From NCBI GenBank assembly GCA_001817615.1, contig MHIR01000023.1, positions 5,313 to 32,091 of the forward strand: a DNA stretch of 26,779 nt. Reading direction: 5' to 3'. Positions 25,597 through 26,779 of the stretch are shown here, piece by piece; positions within the stretch are counted from its first letter, which is position 1; the number at the start of each line of letters is the position of its first letter. Origin of the DNA: Candidatus Buchananbacteria bacterium RIFCSPLOWO2_02_FULL_46_11b (GTDB lineage: Bacteria > Patescibacteriota > Patescibacteriia > Buchananbacterales > UBA6539). The notes beneath the pieces were generated by a model. The model worked only from the letters and a program-made list of their open reading frames with translations, searched no databases and was not told the origin of the DNA. Made by a program: the position numbers and the translations under genes.

Positions 25597-26778
25597 CTAT
25601 GGGGCCAGACTGCCCGAACGCCAAATCGGCAAAGCTTTGGCAAAATCCGAAAGTCCGGGCGGGGTATTGGCCAAAAGCCGGCCGTCGTAAATCACCACTT
25701 CCGAACCCTGAATCGGGGTTTCATTGGGATTGAAATAAGTCCGGTCAAAATAGAACTTTTTTGCCATCATTAAGCCAAAAACCGTCAAGCGGCTGGAACA
25801 ATCTTCCGGGCCGCAGCCGGGGCCGCCCGGGCCGGCCAAAAGATCGGGCTGGCAGCAGGTGTAAATTTGGCCGCAGCCGAAAACTTCGTTTCTTTGGCTT
25901 TCCGTGTCCTTCTGGCACGCCGGCCGGTTCTGCGGGTTTCCCTCCTGGTCCGCCCTGTTGCCCAAAACAATGAAATTGCCGGCCAATTGACTGACGGCCG
26001 GCGCGATCTTTAAATCGCCCCGCACAATCCAGGCCACGGACGCTAAATTCTTAAAAGAAGGTTTTCCGCCAAAAATAGAATCGCCGTAAGTGATATCGCC
26101 GGTCAGGCCCAAATTGCCGTTAACGATAATGGTGCCGGCGCCGCTTTCATAATTCAAGCCGTTATTAAAAGCCAGGGGCCGGTCAATGATTAAATAATCG
26201 CCGCCATAATAATAAATCTTGTTTCCCAAAGCGCCATTTTGTTTTTCCAGCGCCGCCTGGAGAGAAACCGTATCCTCAAATTTTTCCACCATCGTGCCGT
26301 AGCGGTTGACGCAAGACGTTTTGCCGTTAAAATCGCAAATCAGGCCGTTAATATCCAGCCGGCCCAAAACATTGGAATAAAGGGTTTCGGCCGCGGGAAA
26401 ATTGACGGCAATGCCCGCTTCTTCCCAATTTTGCCCTTGAGCCGAGCAAAAATTGAAAATCGCGTCTTTTTCGGCGCTGCCGGCCAAAATCCGATAAGTC
26501 GCGTTGCAGATCGCCGCCGGCGCCGGCAGAGCGCCTTGAAGATACGAACGGGCGTAAATATCGCTGTATTTCGTCTGCAGCCAGGGGCCGAGATTGGCGA
26601 TTTCCGGATCAAAACGCAGCCAGCCAAGATAGTCATTCCAGGCCCAGCCCTTGAGTGTCAGGCGGGTTTCTTTATTGGCATCCTTGCCAAAAGAACTATT
26701 GCCTAAGCGCACCTGGTAATCAGACGCGCCGCAAACATCGTCATTCAGGCAATTTAAGGAAATCCAGCCGTCGTCGCC
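25597..26778 (-). CDS. Large exported Cys-containing protein, C-terminal part (5' end outside the window)
   Basis: The frame stays open to the window edge (...GDDGWISLNCLNDDVCGASDYQVRLG...). It contains GWAWNDYLGWL and GTIIVNGNL/WIVRGDLKI beta-rich repeats. Confidence 0.8.
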   Translation of the reverse strand, partial: GDDGWISLNCLNDDVCGASDYQVRLGNSSFGKDANKETRLTLKGWAWNDYLGWLRFDPEIANLGPWLQTKYSDIYARSYLQGALPAPAAICNATYRILAGSAEKDAIFNFCSAQGQNWEEAGIAVNFPAAETLYSNVLGRLDINGLICDFNGKTSCVNRYGTMVEKFEDTVSLQAALEKQNGALGNKIYYYGGDYLIIDRPLAFNNGLNYESGAGTIIVNGNLGLTGDITYGDSIFGGKPSFKNLASVAWIVRGDLKIAPAVSQLAGNFIVLGNRADQEGNPQNRPACQKDTESQRNEVFGCGQIYTCCQPDLLAGPGGPGCGPEDCSSRLTVFGLMMAKKFYFDRTYFNPNETPIQGSEVVIYDGRLLANTPPGLSDFAKALPIWRSGSLAP

Positions 26779-26779
26779 C

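Overview
A 26.8-kb chromosomal segment in which every recognisable protein and tRNA gene is on the minus strand. Gene content and style suggest a CPR/Patescibacteria (Parcubacteria-like) bacterium using code 11; this is inference. The right two-thirds (7.5-26.8 kb) is a type IV pilus cluster: partial large exported protein, pilM, long pilN-like, pilO, small pilP-like gene, pilB, an orphan receiver protein, pilC, major pilin, pilD and four minor pilins. Three GT-C-type membrane glycosyltransferases (YfhO, GT87-like, DUF2723/TMEM260-like) sit between the pilin and pilD. The left third holds ligA, gatC, gatA, a DsbA-family protein, a DUF3105 protein, two tRNA-Ser genes and a decayed Bro-N gene. 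The least explained parts are non-coding: (1) a ~600-nt structured plus-strand element between gatC and ligA, with a perfect T-arm and two covarying copies of a motif I cannot name; (2) 7/8-mer inverted-repeat elements at about nine sites, mostly gene junctions; (3) remodelled tRNA-Ser 'ghosts' near each real tRNA-Ser. No integrase, transposase or CRISPR array is visible.
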